From: an uncultured virus (IMG/VR IMGVR_UViG_3300028048_000125)
Lineage: Duplodnaviria; Heunggongvirae; Uroviricota; Caudoviricetes
Length of the DNA stretch: 64,000 bases
Direction: 5' to 3' (one strand)
Virus record (IMG/VR): IMGVR_UViG_3300028048_000125
Shown here one piece after another: positions 9,420 through 19,037 of this stretch. Position 1 is the first letter of the stretch; the number at the start of each line of letters is the position of its first letter. The translations under genes and the position numbers were made by a program. The notes under the pieces were generated by a model. The model ran no database searches. It was not told where the DNA came from and worked only from the letters and a program-made list of their open reading frames with translations.

Positions 9420-9760
9420 CTGTCCGCTGCTATTGGATGGGTGTCTATACCGTCTGTGAGTCGGTCCATCTGCGCATGGAACTCCGGGAAGATGGATCGG
9501 TGGTCATAGACTTCCCAGTCATCGTTATCGTCATCCGATATGCGTACTAGCTTACAGAGCTTGCTGCCTTCTCTGGGACTCTCATAAGAGATCCATACAG
9601 ACGGATCCTCTGCTAGGCCGAGCAGCGGAACTTCGATTGCCGAATACCAGTCGGCTCCATCTATCCGCATTGCAATCCAGATAGGCGGATAACCGAACAG
9701 GTTACAGCCTTTCTGCTGCTTGAGCTGTTCGGCCCTTGTCAGTGCTTGCTGTAATGTCAT
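9416..9760 (-). CDS. hypothetical protein
   Basis: 114 aa ORF, ATGA coupling. Confidence 0.65.
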   Translation of the reverse strand: MTLQQALTRAEQLKQQKGCNLFGYPPIWIAMRIDGADWYSAIEVPLLGLAEDPSVWISYESPREGSKLCKLVRISDDDNDDWEVYDHRSIFPEFHAQMDRLTDGIDTHPIAADR

Positions 9761-9764
9761 GGCA

Positions 9765-10022
9765 TCAGTCTGCGTCCTTTCTGTACTGGATGGTTAGACT
9801 TAGAAGGTCTGCACAGAGGTCAGCAGCAAGTGTGGATGCATTTTGATGGATGGTTGAGAACTGTTCTGCGATATGTTCGTAGACGGTCTGCTCAGGGCTG
9901 AATGCGGCATCCATTGTCTCCGCGTTTGCTTTGATGAGCTTCATAACCTCTTTGGCTGTTTTCTTGATGTCATCGAAACAGGCTTCCGCATGTTCCAATA
10001 TCTGGATCTGTTGTTTGGTCAT
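9765..10022 (-). CDS. small helical hypothetical protein
   Basis: 85 aa ORF with RBS. Confidence 0.6.
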   Translation of the reverse strand: MTKQQIQILEHAEACFDDIKKTAKEVMKLIKANAETMDAAFSPEQTVYEHIAEQFSTIHQNASTLAADLCADLLSLTIQYRKDAD

Positions 10023-10146
10023 AATTGGTATGTCCTTTCGTTGCAGGCTGTTTAAGGCCTGGTTAAGGGTTAAGATGGGTAATTTAGTGGGGTCACTGCT
10101 AAGGTAGGCTTAAATGCGCTGGAAAGTGCCTTAGCGTTGATTGTTG

Positions 10147-10512
10147 TCAAAAGACTCTGGTAACGCCCTGCCTTATCAGACGCATATCAGTGCTGAGATC
10201 CTCGATTTTGGTTGTAAGCTGTTTCATCAACTCGGCATAATCTGCCAGCTGAAATAACAATGCCGTCTGCAGTGCCAGATGCGCATCCAGCTCGTTATCG
10301 AACAGCTCGTACTCGTGAACCTCACGGGCCCGGGATGCTGTCTTGCCGTTGGTGATGCTCTTTGCCCTATACAGCACAGCATCATGTCCCTGGTATCCAT
10401 CTGAAGCGATCTGGTATTTATGGACGGCTCCGCCTGTTACCACAAGAGCGATGGTGTCCAACTGATATCCCCAGACGATCTGGCCTTTCTGATACAGAGG
10501 TTTACTTTTCAT
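10147..10512 (-). CDS. family B small beta-barrel plus coiled-coil protein
   Basis: KGQIVW ... LFDNELDA, followed by a helix. Confidence 0.65.
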   Translation of the reverse strand: MKSKPLYQKGQIVWGYQLDTIALVVTGGAVHKYQIASDGYQGHDAVLYRAKSITNGKTASRAREVHEYELFDNELDAHLALQTALLFQLADYAELMKQLTTKIEDLSTDMRLIRQGVTRVF

Positions 10513-11476
10513 CGGCAGCTCCTGCAGCTATCAGTGCATTGCCACAGGTGATTCTGTCGGCATCTTCCTCCTTAGAGGGGATTGCCGATATGACATCCCA
10601 GCCAAGCTCCAGCAGCGGATCCTCCAGACGTTTGTAGACATCGTAGCTGTCATAGGTGTTGCCTATATCAAATCCATTGGCAACCGCTGCTTTCGTTTCG
10701 TGCACCGGAGTAAGCTTCACAAGGAACGTCTCCTTATCGAACAGCCTGTCAAGCTTGTTGGCATCCAAGATCGTCTGTGCAGTGACCGCGAAGTTGAGCG
10801 TGTACTTTCTGCGCTTAGGCATCGGAAGTTCATTCAGCAACCTGGCAGCACCTTCAATAGTGAGGCTTAAACCGCCAAACTGCTCTTCGCGCTGCTGATC
10901 ATCCGTAGACTGGATGCTGACTTGCAGGCCTGCGTTGCCGTCGTAGACTTCGTTCTTGATTCTGCACCAGGACAGCAGGAAGTACTGAAGCCATTCATTC
11001 TTACAGGGCAGCATTGTTGCCAGCACAGGATGGATGACATCAGCCTTTACATAGGACAACACCAGATTGCGCAGCACATATTCCGTGAAGAACAGCACCG
11101 ACGCATTCCACGTAGGCTCTCCCATTCTGGCGAAGTGGAGGTTGAACCGCTTGGTGGCTTTAACGTCATGGAACGTATTCAGGACAGTCTCGACTTCATA
11201 GGTTAAGTCATCGACACTGACATTGCCGAAGAAGCCTGCTTTGGGGCAGTCACAGAACGAACATCGCATCGGACATCCGTGCTGTGTGCTGATTAACGTT
11301 ATCCACTTCTGGGACATGTCGACTTCATGGTGCGCGACGCCATTGACTTCCTTGGTCAATCCCAGAAAGTCTGCCTTCACGTTTTCGGCCTGTCCATAAT
11401 CGCCGACGGATACGAATTCAAGCTTCTTGTCGGGATCACAGAAAAGCTTGCCGGTATGTGTGTTAATGATTTGCAT
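10502..11476 (-). CDS. radical SAM enzyme, RlmN/Cfr-like
   Basis: STQHGCPMRCSFC (CxxxCxxC), MGEP motif, C-terminal TCGN cysteine; start moved to MQIIN. Confidence 0.8.
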   Translation of the reverse strand: MQIINTHTGKLFCDPDKKLEFVSVGDYGQAENVKADFLGLTKEVNGVAHHEVDMSQKWITLISTQHGCPMRCSFCDCPKAGFFGNVSVDDLTYEVETVLNTFHDVKATKRFNLHFARMGEPTWNASVLFFTEYVLRNLVLSYVKADVIHPVLATMLPCKNEWLQYFLLSWCRIKNEVYDGNAGLQVSIQSTDDQQREEQFGGLSLTIEGAARLLNELPMPKRRKYTLNFAVTAQTILDANKLDRLFDKETFLVKLTPVHETKAAVANGFDIGNTYDSYDVYKRLEDPLLELGWDVISAIPSKEEDADRITCGNALIAAGAADEK

Positions 11477-11548
11477 TTGATCTCCAATGAAAGAAATCCC
11501 CATTAGCTATATACTAATGGGGACTTGATTGTTTTTGTTGTTTGCGGG

Positions 11549-12067
11549 TCAGTGATAGCGAAGAATTTCGCCGATCGATTTCTCGCGATTGCGGATCATA
11601 AATTCCAGCAACGCACGGGATGCATGAGAAGGCAGCGTGTCTTCTTTTACTGTGAAATGGTACTGCAGTGTTTCCGGCATCTCGCATTGGACATGCTGGT
11701 CGGTCATACAGTTGTAGCACCAGTTCCACAGGGCGGACGAGTACTGTTTATCAGGCTTATCCGAATAACCGTAGACTTCGATTGTCAGAACATCCGGGAA
11801 CATTTCCTTAAGATGCTGGGCCATTTTGGTCAGTGCGGGTATGCTTCTGTTAAAGCCTCCTTTGCGCTCCAGACACTCTTCCGCCGGATAAAGCTCGAAC
11901 ACCATATGGCAGCCATCCTTTCGGGGAGAGCCAAAGGGCTCCTCGGTCACGAAGAGTGTGTCCTGCATCAGATTGGTGACTGCCTTGAAATTCAGCTTCG
12001 CAAGTTTCTGGGTTACATTGTTGGCGTTACGGAATTCTAGCCTGACTTCAAAGAACTGGGTCTTCAT
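11549..12067 (-). CDS. hypothetical protein
   Basis: ORF; start moved to MKTQFF (ATGA overlap). Confidence 0.65.
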   Translation of the reverse strand: MKTQFFEVRLEFRNANNVTQKLAKLNFKAVTNLMQDTLFVTEEPFGSPRKDGCHMVFELYPAEECLERKGGFNRSIPALTKMAQHLKEMFPDVLTIEVYGYSDKPDKQYSSALWNWCYNCMTDQHVQCEMPETLQYHFTVKEDTLPSHASRALLEFMIRNREKSIGEILRYH

Positions 12068-12459
12068 CCGATCGTGTCGTCCTGTTCGATCATCTGGTCC
12101 AGCACTTTGTGCACTGCCTTGATCTTGATCGAGCATTGTGTGCTGCGCTTTTCGGCCTTACGGCACGCTTTTACCGCAATGGTCTTCTCCATTGACAGTC
12201 GAGCGAGTTCTCCGGTAAGGCATGCATAGGGATCTGTGTAGACCTTATCGATGGCCATAACTGTGGACGGCGCATCTTCCGGCAGGATGACATCTTCCAG
12301 ATAGCAGGCCTGATCCTCGGCATACTGTTCAACCGAAGCCATCGGTGTGACAGAGCAAAGGCAAGTCTTCTCGGAAAGGAACTTTACCATTCCCCGGGCC
12401 AGATCATCTGTATCGTTGTCCCAATAATAAACCAGAGTATTGATTTTGATATCGGTCAT
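12064..12459 (-). CDS. family B protein
   Basis: INTLVYY ... VYTDPYAC, then coiled coil. Confidence 0.65.
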   Translation of the reverse strand: MTDIKINTLVYYWDNDTDDLARGMVKFLSEKTCLCSVTPMASVEQYAEDQACYLEDVILPEDAPSTVMAIDKVYTDPYACLTGELARLSMEKTIAVKACRKAEKRSTQCSIKIKAVHKVLDQMIEQDDTIG

Positions 12460-12462
12460 AGG

Positions 12463-13071
12463 TCACCCCTCCAGCCCCAGGTCATCTGTCAGACTTTCGT
12501 TATAGGCGATCTCGGCATCTTTCTCAGAGACGCACCAGACAGCCTGATTGTAGTACGAGCGGCTGACATAGCAGACAGACCAGCCAGGATCATGCGTCTT
12601 GACATCTGCTTTGTTGCGGTAGCGGAAGCGCGGGTTGCCGTCAGGTGTCAGTGAAGCCTTAACCATAACGGGCATGCTGACACCACCTACCGATTTTACA
12701 TTGATCACAGCATAGGCATAGGGAACCCCGTTCTCCAGCAGCGTGAACAGCGGCCTTGGCTCAGTGACCGTATCGATATCGATCACCGGAGCTTCCTGCT
12801 CAACAGGCGGCTGAAACTGTTTCAGCTGCTCCATATAGTCATGCTTGCTGACTTCGATGGATGCCTGCATGCATTCTTCAGGCGTGTCAAACAGCGCTTT
12901 GTTCGGAAGCTTCATGATCATGTCCGTATACGGGACCAGAGGGAATACAGTCGCCACGCCGCAATCGGTGCAGCCTAGAAAGATTGCCTGGGTGATATGG
13001 CCCTTGTCGTTGTAATAGACATGGGTACCTTGCCGATGTGTTGTGGGTTTGTTGTTAATGATTGGGTACAT
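12463..13071 (-). CDS. family B protein with extra C-terminal domain
   Basis: GTHVYY ... LFDTPEEC. Confidence 0.65.
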   Translation of the reverse strand: MYPIINNKPTTHRQGTHVYYNDKGHITQAIFLGCTDCGVATVFPLVPYTDMIMKLPNKALFDTPEECMQASIEVSKHDYMEQLKQFQPPVEQEAPVIDIDTVTEPRPLFTLLENGVPYAYAVINVKSVGGVSMPVMVKASLTPDGNPRFRYRNKADVKTHDPGWSVCYVSRSYYNQAVWCVSEKDAEIAYNESLTDDLGLEG

Positions 13072-13408
13072 CGTAGTCTCCTTTGTGATGTTGTTTTAAC
13101 CAATCCTGCTGTTTCTTTAGCAGGGATTTACGTCCTTTGAGTTCGCGCTCCAGGTCCTCGATCTCCAGTTCGAGCCTGCAGCAGAAGAGTTCGACGGCTT
13201 CCCATTCGGTGGCACGCATGAAGTCGTCATCCACCATAATGGTATAGCCTTTTACCGAGCCGTCCGGGTGCACCTTGTATTCGTATTCCAGTAAAGGATA
13301 ATCATCCTCGTCCATCTCATAGATATCGAGAATGGTTCCGCCTCTGACTTCCTCTTCGTTGAAATCGTAATAATAGATGTGCTGATTGCGTTTGTATTCG
13401 CTTGCCAT
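13055..13408 (-). CDS. family B protein
   Basis: NQHIYYY ... MRATEWEA, then coiled coil. Confidence 0.65.
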   Translation of the reverse strand: MASEYKRNQHIYYYDFNEEEVRGGTILDIYEMDEDDYPLLEYEYKVHPDGSVKGYTIMVDDDFMRATEWEAVELFCCRLELEIEDLERELKGRKSLLKKQQDWLKQHHKGDYDVPNH

Positions 13409-14073
13409 TACTCACCTTGATAGAGTTTGTGTTCGTTGATGTAAGCAGCGACAGACGGAGGTATCTGTGCATCTGCTGGTACATAACCATGTCGCCTGAT
13501 GGACTCTCGAAGCTCTGACGAACTGATGTTGACCATCGGTGCATCGAATATGATACCTGATAGAAGTTTCTGGCAGAGCCATCCCGGCCAATGCCGATTC
13601 AGCTCGGTCAAGTCCACTGTGATGCCTGGACGCAAATAGACAAGGAAATCGTAGTTCCTGACAAGCCTGATGCAATCGGGCCGCCAGGTATGCAATTGGC
13701 ACAGCTCATCTGCGCCAATCACCATCTTGAATTCCTTGTCGAGCCATCTGTGAGACAGCTCGTCCAGCAATGACAGTGTATATGAAATGCCACCAACCTC
13801 TCGTTCAAGCCGGGAGACTGTCATGTCTAACAAGAAGTCACAGGCTTTGTTCCTGCGTTCGTTGACATCCTTGATGGCTGCTTCCACCATCGCACATCTG
13901 TCGACGAAAGAAGCCATAGTACTGGCATTCTTATGAGGAGGATTGAACGACGGCATGAAGATGACATCATCAACCTCCAAACTGTCGAGCAGGTACTCTG
14001 CTAACTGCATATGGCCGTTATGCGGGGGATTAAAAGCACCACCGTAAACGGCGACTGTCTGGCGTCTATTCAT
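13408..14073 (-). CDS. nadD: nicotinate/nicotinamide mononucleotide adenylyltransferase
   Basis: GGAFNPPHNGH (HxGH), PPHK, SYT, IGAD, W, ISSS motifs. Confidence 0.92.
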   Translation of the reverse strand: MNRRQTVAVYGGAFNPPHNGHMQLAEYLLDSLEVDDVIFMPSFNPPHKNASTMASFVDRCAMVEAAIKDVNERRNKACDFLLDMTVSRLEREVGGISYTLSLLDELSHRWLDKEFKMVIGADELCQLHTWRPDCIRLVRNYDFLVYLRPGITVDLTELNRHWPGWLCQKLLSGIIFDAPMVNISSSELRESIRRHGYVPADAQIPPSVAAYINEHKLYQGE

Positions 14074-14085
14074 CTATTTCCTTTC

Positions 14086-14469
14086 TTAGAAGAAAGCATT
14101 GACTGCATGAGTGGCTGAGTTGCTGCCGCCCCTGTGGTCAGATGGTGATGTCGGAAGCGCTGAGAAATAGACCGAGTTGTTAAACCTGATCTTATAGTGG
14201 GTCTTGCCTTTTGTGATGTTGAATCCCAGTGCTTCCAGTTTATTGATTTCGGATTGTCTTGCCGACCATGTCTTAAGGATTGACTGCATCTCCTCTTTGA
14301 TGCGAGTCCTGCTGCCTTCTACATGATTGCAAGCCAGTATCGCTTCACAAAGATCCCGCCTTCTACAGAATGTATTGGGCGGGATATTGTGGAGCTCTTT
14401 TTGAACCAGACCAAGCAGGAAGTCATTCACTTCACCTGGACACAGTTCACGGATGTTTGGATCTTTCAT
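14086..14469 (-). CDS. protein with HicA-like C-terminal motif
   Basis: LEALGF...GKTHYK...PTSPSDHR. Confidence 0.5.
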   Translation of the reverse strand: MKDPNIRELCPGEVNDFLLGLVQKELHNIPPNTFCRRRDLCEAILACNHVEGSRTRIKEEMQSILKTWSARQSEINKLEALGFNITKGKTHYKIRFNNSVYFSALPTSPSDHRGGSNSATHAVNAFF

Positions 14470-14492
14470 TGCTGTTACTAATTGTTAGCTCC

Positions 14493-14861
14493 TTATAGAT
14501 GCCTCCATAGCTTTGGATTTACATGCTCTCCCCGGATTGTCATAAGACCTTCTGCATAATGGATGATCTGGCAGCGTTCCTCTGTCTCTGGATCATACAT
14601 GGCAAGTACGGGATAATCCCATACCAGCCCATCAGCCACGTCTACAGGTATCCATTTGGTCTCTGGAGGCAGGCCTAACCATTTAAGATTCCTGTTGGTC
14701 ATCCGATGAAAGGCTCGACGCAATCTGGTATTCTGGTGTTTGTGCTTCAGCATATCAGGATATCTGTCCGCCTGGACGTTTGGTAATACTGGCCTCTGAT
14801 CCGTTGTAGATGTGTGCGAAACCCCCACGTGATACGATGAGATCATCAACAGTAGAGCCAT
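14493..14861 (-). CDS. hypothetical protein (true start probably downstream)
   Basis: ORF; 5' part overlaps next gene. Confidence 0.5.
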   Translation of the reverse strand: MALLLMISSYHVGVSHTSTTDQRPVLPNVQADRYPDMLKHKHQNTRLRRAFHRMTNRNLKWLGLPPETKWIPVDVADGLVWDYPVLAMYDPETEERCQIIHYAEGLMTIRGEHVNPKLWRHL

Positions 14862-15801
14862 CTACCGCACTAACATGGCCATAGCTGCCAACTTCGCCAT
14901 ACAGAAGATGACCACCGCTGTTCACTATTGCTGACCCACCTGCGGATACCTGCAAGAATTTCGCAATACCGTCGCTTGCAATAGTGGCACGACCATGCTC
15001 TGTGACGGTGCATTTCTGCGCCTCACCGTGTACAATGAAAGTGCCTTGAACTCCCATCTCCCGCACCACACCGCAGACCTCTGCTCTGCCTTGGCATCCG
15101 CCGCCTGACACGAAGCTGCCGTCGCGGACAATCAGAAGACCGCCCTCGTCGACATGCGGCATCTGAGCAGTACCACCTGACGAGATAATCAATGTACCAC
15201 CTAATCCGACTCTCACTCCCTCCACCTGTTGTCCTGCAGAAATAACAGCCGTGGTTCCGCTGGAGATATACGAGCCGTTCTTCAGTGGCTCTTCCGGCGC
15301 ATAATCCACAAGCAGGTTTACCGATTTCAGACCACCGTGCTGTGCAGCATGTAGCCACAAAGACTCCGAGATATCGACATGATTGAATGTGAAGTCTTTT
15401 GCGGTTGTCCTCCATATCAGCTCATAGCCGTGTACACGATAGTTACATACAAACGAATGCCACTCGCGTTCGCTGGTATTCCAAATCTGAATACTCCAAT
15501 GCTTTTCCGGAATTTCGGAAATGATTACATCGAATAACGCCCTGGCAAAATACTCGCGTGGGATCTGTCGCAGGCGTCCCTCACAGACATATACACACGG
15601 CGTGTCATTATAATTCAAAGTTAATTCCGGATCCAGCAGATGCTTAACCAGATCCCTGTGCAGCACATTGTAGTAGTGCGCCTGGGATCCAGAAAGGGAC
15701 AGCGATAAGCGAAACCGCCACTCATCGCGAATCTCATCTGTATGATTATAGATCTCAGCGCGATCAGCCTGTGTTAGTGGTGTTGCTGTGAAGTAAAACA
15801 T
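14755..15801 (-). CDS. protein with degenerate AIDA-type repeats at the C-terminus
   Basis: ISSGGTA / VSAGGSA / VNSGG rungs; start moved to MFYFT. Confidence 0.65.
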   Translation of the reverse strand: MFYFTATPLTQADRAEIYNHTDEIRDEWRFRLSLSLSGSQAHYYNVLHRDLVKHLLDPELTLNYNDTPCVYVCEGRLRQIPREYFARALFDVIISEIPEKHWSIQIWNTSEREWHSFVCNYRVHGYELIWRTTAKDFTFNHVDISESLWLHAAQHGGLKSVNLLVDYAPEEPLKNGSYISSGTTAVISAGQQVEGVRVGLGGTLIISSGGTAQMPHVDEGGLLIVRDGSFVSGGGCQGRAEVCGVVREMGVQGTFIVHGEAQKCTVTEHGRATIASDGIAKFLQVSAGGSAIVNSGGHLLYGEVGSYGHVSAVDGSTVDDLIVSRGGFAHIYNGSEASITKRPGGQIS

Positions 15802-15802
15802 G

Positions 15803-16279
15803 TCATTTCTCCTTTGTGTAGAACTCAAGCCATTTATCGGCAACCTCATGTACGCCTAGATATGGGCTGTCATCCTGTGTATAATAGAACAACGCTGCTA
15901 CTAAATTCAACAGCATATGCTCACGATATGAAAGTTCGCTTTCCGGAGACTCCAACGCCTGGTTCACGCGGGTGATAACATCCGTGTAGTCATTCGGATC
16001 AATCGTGTCCTGCAGCTCGGCCAATTCAGCCTCCGGAATGCGTTTATCCAAGGCTTTGATATGGCGCAAATGCGCAAGCAAATCACGTTTTGAGATCAAT
16101 GGCTCAGCGAGTTTGATGATTTGCTTAGCTATACGCTGCAAAGTAGGAAGATCTTCATCGAAAGCATAACGAAGATCTGCGTCAGTAAGCTTCACTGTAT
16201 ATCGAACAGTGATGTTAAGTAAGTCAGCCATTAATTTGTTTGCTCCTTGTACAACTGCAGGATGAAGTCGTTGATCCAT
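15803..16279 (-). CDS. helical hypothetical protein
   Basis: ORF packed between neighbours. Confidence 0.6.
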   Translation of the reverse strand: MDQRLHPAVVQGANKLMADLLNITVRYTVKLTDADLRYAFDEDLPTLQRIAKQIIKLAEPLISKRDLLAHLRHIKALDKRIPEAELAELQDTIDPNDYTDVITRVNQALESPESELSYREHMLLNLVAALFYYTQDDSPYLGVHEVADKWLEFYTKEK

Positions 16280-17286
16280 CCCCAGTCTGGTTGTTTTGGT
16301 AAGGTTGTTGTTTTAAGGTTGTTTTCCACGATCTCTATATTGACCTTGATCAGATCGATAATATCATCATAGGTCATATCGGTGGTTTTGAATTTGACTT
16401 CACGTACCGTCTGCAAGATGCTTCCTGTTAGCGGGAATGTGATGGTGCCGGTACGTAACAGCTCCTGCGCCTGGTATGCCACACGCAGTGCGTGCGACAA
16501 CGCCTTATAATCGGCGCCATTGTCGACAGCCGCATTAAAGGCACGCTGACCGTAGGAAGCCAAACACTTACGGATCGAGTCTTTTGTGGTGTTGATATTG
16601 GCGTTCTGAGGAAACAGACGTCCTGACACCATGATATATCGCTCCTTGTTATCACACAGGAGAAGATACGCATGATCTCCCAGCCGCTTATCTGTGATCT
16701 TGAAGCGCCGTCCCACATGTACGTTGTTTTTGAAGTAATCCTCTGCGTCTCCTAACGGCGCAGCGGAATCGTGGTCCATTACGCCACAGAGCACCAGCCA
16801 CTCGCCGAGCGTTGTGGAAGATGGGCTCTCACAAGTATCAATCAGCTCCATGAATGATTCGTAATTCTGGATGCGATCACCCTTGATGCTGTACTTCAGT
16901 GCCTGGGACTTACAATAGCCCAAGTACTTCGTAATGTTGCAGGTGATGATCTTATCCTTATTAGCGATCAGCTCTTCATACACAGGAGATGTTGCTAAAG
17001 AGGCGGACTTGTTCGTATAGCTGAAGAACATGTCCAAGCAATTGGTCTCTCCCTGGGTCAAGAGCTTCAGGAAGTAATGGAGGCTGAGATACTGCTCGTC
17101 AACCTGCTCATCGGTGTCCTTTTCCGGCTTGAATACATAGTGCTGCGGCCATGTCCCTAAAAGCAAATCGTGCTTACTGGGAATGAAGACACCCCTGATG
17201 TCCGTATCAGAGGCAGGGCTGTCTGTTCCGTATAACTTGCTTCCATAGAGGGTGGCAAAGACAAGCGATTCATTCAGTATATGCAT
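16231..17286 (-). CDS. DNA polymerase beta-superfamily nucleotidyltransferase (phage type)
   Basis: YGSKLYGT...SDTDIRG (GS...DxD); YKALSHALR helix. Confidence 0.82.
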   Translation of the reverse strand: MHILNESLVFATLYGSKLYGTDSPASDTDIRGVFIPSKHDLLLGTWPQHYVFKPEKDTDEQVDEQYLSLHYFLKLLTQGETNCLDMFFSYTNKSASLATSPVYEELIANKDKIITCNITKYLGYCKSQALKYSIKGDRIQNYESFMELIDTCESPSSTTLGEWLVLCGVMDHDSAAPLGDAEDYFKNNVHVGRRFKITDKRLGDHAYLLLCDNKERYIMVSGRLFPQNANINTTKDSIRKCLASYGQRAFNAAVDNGADYKALSHALRVAYQAQELLRTGTITFPLTGSILQTVREVKFKTTDMTYDDIIDLIKVNIEIVENNLKTTTLPKQPDWGWINDFILQLYKEQTN

Positions 17287-17485
17287 CTTGCTGAACCTCC
17301 TCGGTTGCGGGTTGCTGGGACTCCTCTTGGTGGTTGGCTATCCTGGCGAGAGTCATCCCAATCCAGATTAAAACAATAATCAGGATCGGAACCAGGCAGC
17401 CGGTTAGACAACAGCTGCTGCAGGCGCAGCTAGCTTTTGTCGCGTTTTCTGCGGCGTCGTTGTCACATTCGACATCAATGCTCAT
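17270..17485 (-). CDS. small membrane protein, Cys-rich
   Basis: single hydrophobic helix. Confidence 0.6.
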   Translation of the reverse strand: MSIDVECDNDAAENATKASCACSSCCLTGCLVPILIIVLIWIGMTLARIANHQEESQQPATEEVQQDAYTE

Positions 17486-17563
17486 TGTCGGTCTCCTTGT
17501 TAATAGGTAAAAAGAATGCCACGACCGATATGATCGTGGCAGGTTTTCGGTTTTGTCATCCGG

Positions 17564-17833
17564 TCAGGACGACTTTGCTTGCAGCTCTTTCAGCTGCCGG
17601 CGGAGTCGAGACCCTTCACGGCGTATGTAGGCCGTGATGGCATCCTCAGGCGCGGGATACAGATCGATACTGTTCTCGCGATTTATGTAAGCATCCATAC
17701 CGCCCGTTGGAAGCCAGGCGACTACGATATCCGTCGGTCCATGCGTCTCAAGAACGACTCCTTCCAGGAGCATCGCCTTTGGCGCAAACTCGTCGATCTT
17801 GCAGACCGACGTTTTAATTTTCGGCAGATCCAT
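17564..17833 (-). CDS. family B-like protein
   Basis: LYPAPEDA, then coiled coil. Confidence 0.55.
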   Translation of the reverse strand: MDLPKIKTSVCKIDEFAPKAMLLEGVVLETHGPTDIVVAWLPTGGMDAYINRENSIDLYPAPEDAITAYIRREGSRLRRQLKELQAKSS

Positions 17834-18454
17834 ATTCAGTCCTTTCTATCGATAGAGCGCTTGGCGAAGCTTGCCTTTAGCGGCTTCGAGCTCCGCCTGC
17901 TCTTCTTCGGTGCTGGACTTGTCGAGCTTAGGGTATTGACCCGTAAGCATATCCAGCACATTCTGAATTTTTTGTAGGACGTAGTGCACCTCCAATGTAG
18001 AGAGCTCTACATGGAGAACATCCAATCTAATGCCTCTCGGTGCCATGGTGTCACTCCATGAATATGATCCAGGTGATGACACAATAGATCACAATAGATG
18101 TGACAGCCCGCATGACATCCAGGACCCGAAGGTCTTTGTGATACCATGCCATAACCGCGAGCCAGCATGTCCCCAGCATGCACACCAGGGACAGAACGAC
18201 AAAACTAATTTGTTCGTAGAGGGGCATGTGCATCACCCCAGTATGAACGATAACAGTACGCCGGTCATGAGACCAACGTACCACACATTTATGAAGGCGA
18301 TCGCTCGCACTACTGATTTCATGCTTTCATCGCGGTGGACAGCCGCGATGAGCGACGTGCACAGCACCGTTACCAGTGTCATGCAAATTAAAGAAGTGAT
18401 AACCATGGTTTTCTCCTTTCTGTGTGAATGGTTATAGTGGTTACTCCACCATAG

Positions 18455-18482
18455 TATTATGCCACCAAAACGCGCGCATATT
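18455..18482 (-). promoter_or_regulatory. phage promoter-like motif, copy 2
   Basis: AATAT-N6-GTTTTGGTGGCATAATA just downstream of a terminator hairpin. Confidence 0.6.
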
Positions 18483-18540
18483 CAGGCATAAAGAAAGCCC
18501 TCCAGGCATTGCTGCCAAGAGGGCCAACCCAAGGAGACTT

Positions 18541-19035
18541 TCAATCTTTATTTATTCGTATGTCCGCCAACCAGTCTTTGCCAGATTTATAACACTCAAT
18601 TCTACTGATTACTGTAACCGTGATCGGATCTATCCGCACTCTGCCGAGGCCTGCTATATAAATGGAGCCCCCACTCTTCAACAGCTGCTGCCCCTTATAA
18701 GGCATTATGAGTCGTCCGTGGTTCATGTCTTTAAGCAGCCTCATATAGTCTGCATCATGCTGGTTATCGACCCAGGCATGCCCCATCTCACTTAGCAGAC
18801 AAGAGATAAATATCTTAGGAATCGGATGTGTAAATGAAACACCGCAACAATCTGCCAGCGCCTGTTTCAGAGGCAACTTCTTCCCTCTCGTAGTGTCCAG
18901 GTTATAAACGCCATCAATCAAGCACTCTGTAAACCACTCACGAATGGCATCGCTGATCCGGACAAACTGGGAAAGCTTTTCAGCCTGCCGGGGATTAGGA
19001 GCCATCTTGGTTATAATTACTTTATATTGCTGCAT
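18541..19035 (-). CDS. truncated TnpB-like protein (WED/REC only, no RuvC)
   Basis: N-terminal KMAPNPRQAEKL and C-terminal IYIAGLGRVRI...KDWLADI align by eye to the N-terminal half of the 62454-63572 TnpB. Confidence 0.6.
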   Translation of the reverse strand: MQQYKVIITKMAPNPRQAEKLSQFVRISDAIREWFTECLIDGVYNLDTTRGKKLPLKQALADCCGVSFTHPIPKIFISCLLSEMGHAWVDNQHDADYMRLLKDMNHGRLIMPYKGQQLLKSGGSIYIAGLGRVRIDPITVTVISRIECYKSGKDWLADIRINKD

Positions 19036-19037
19036 GG

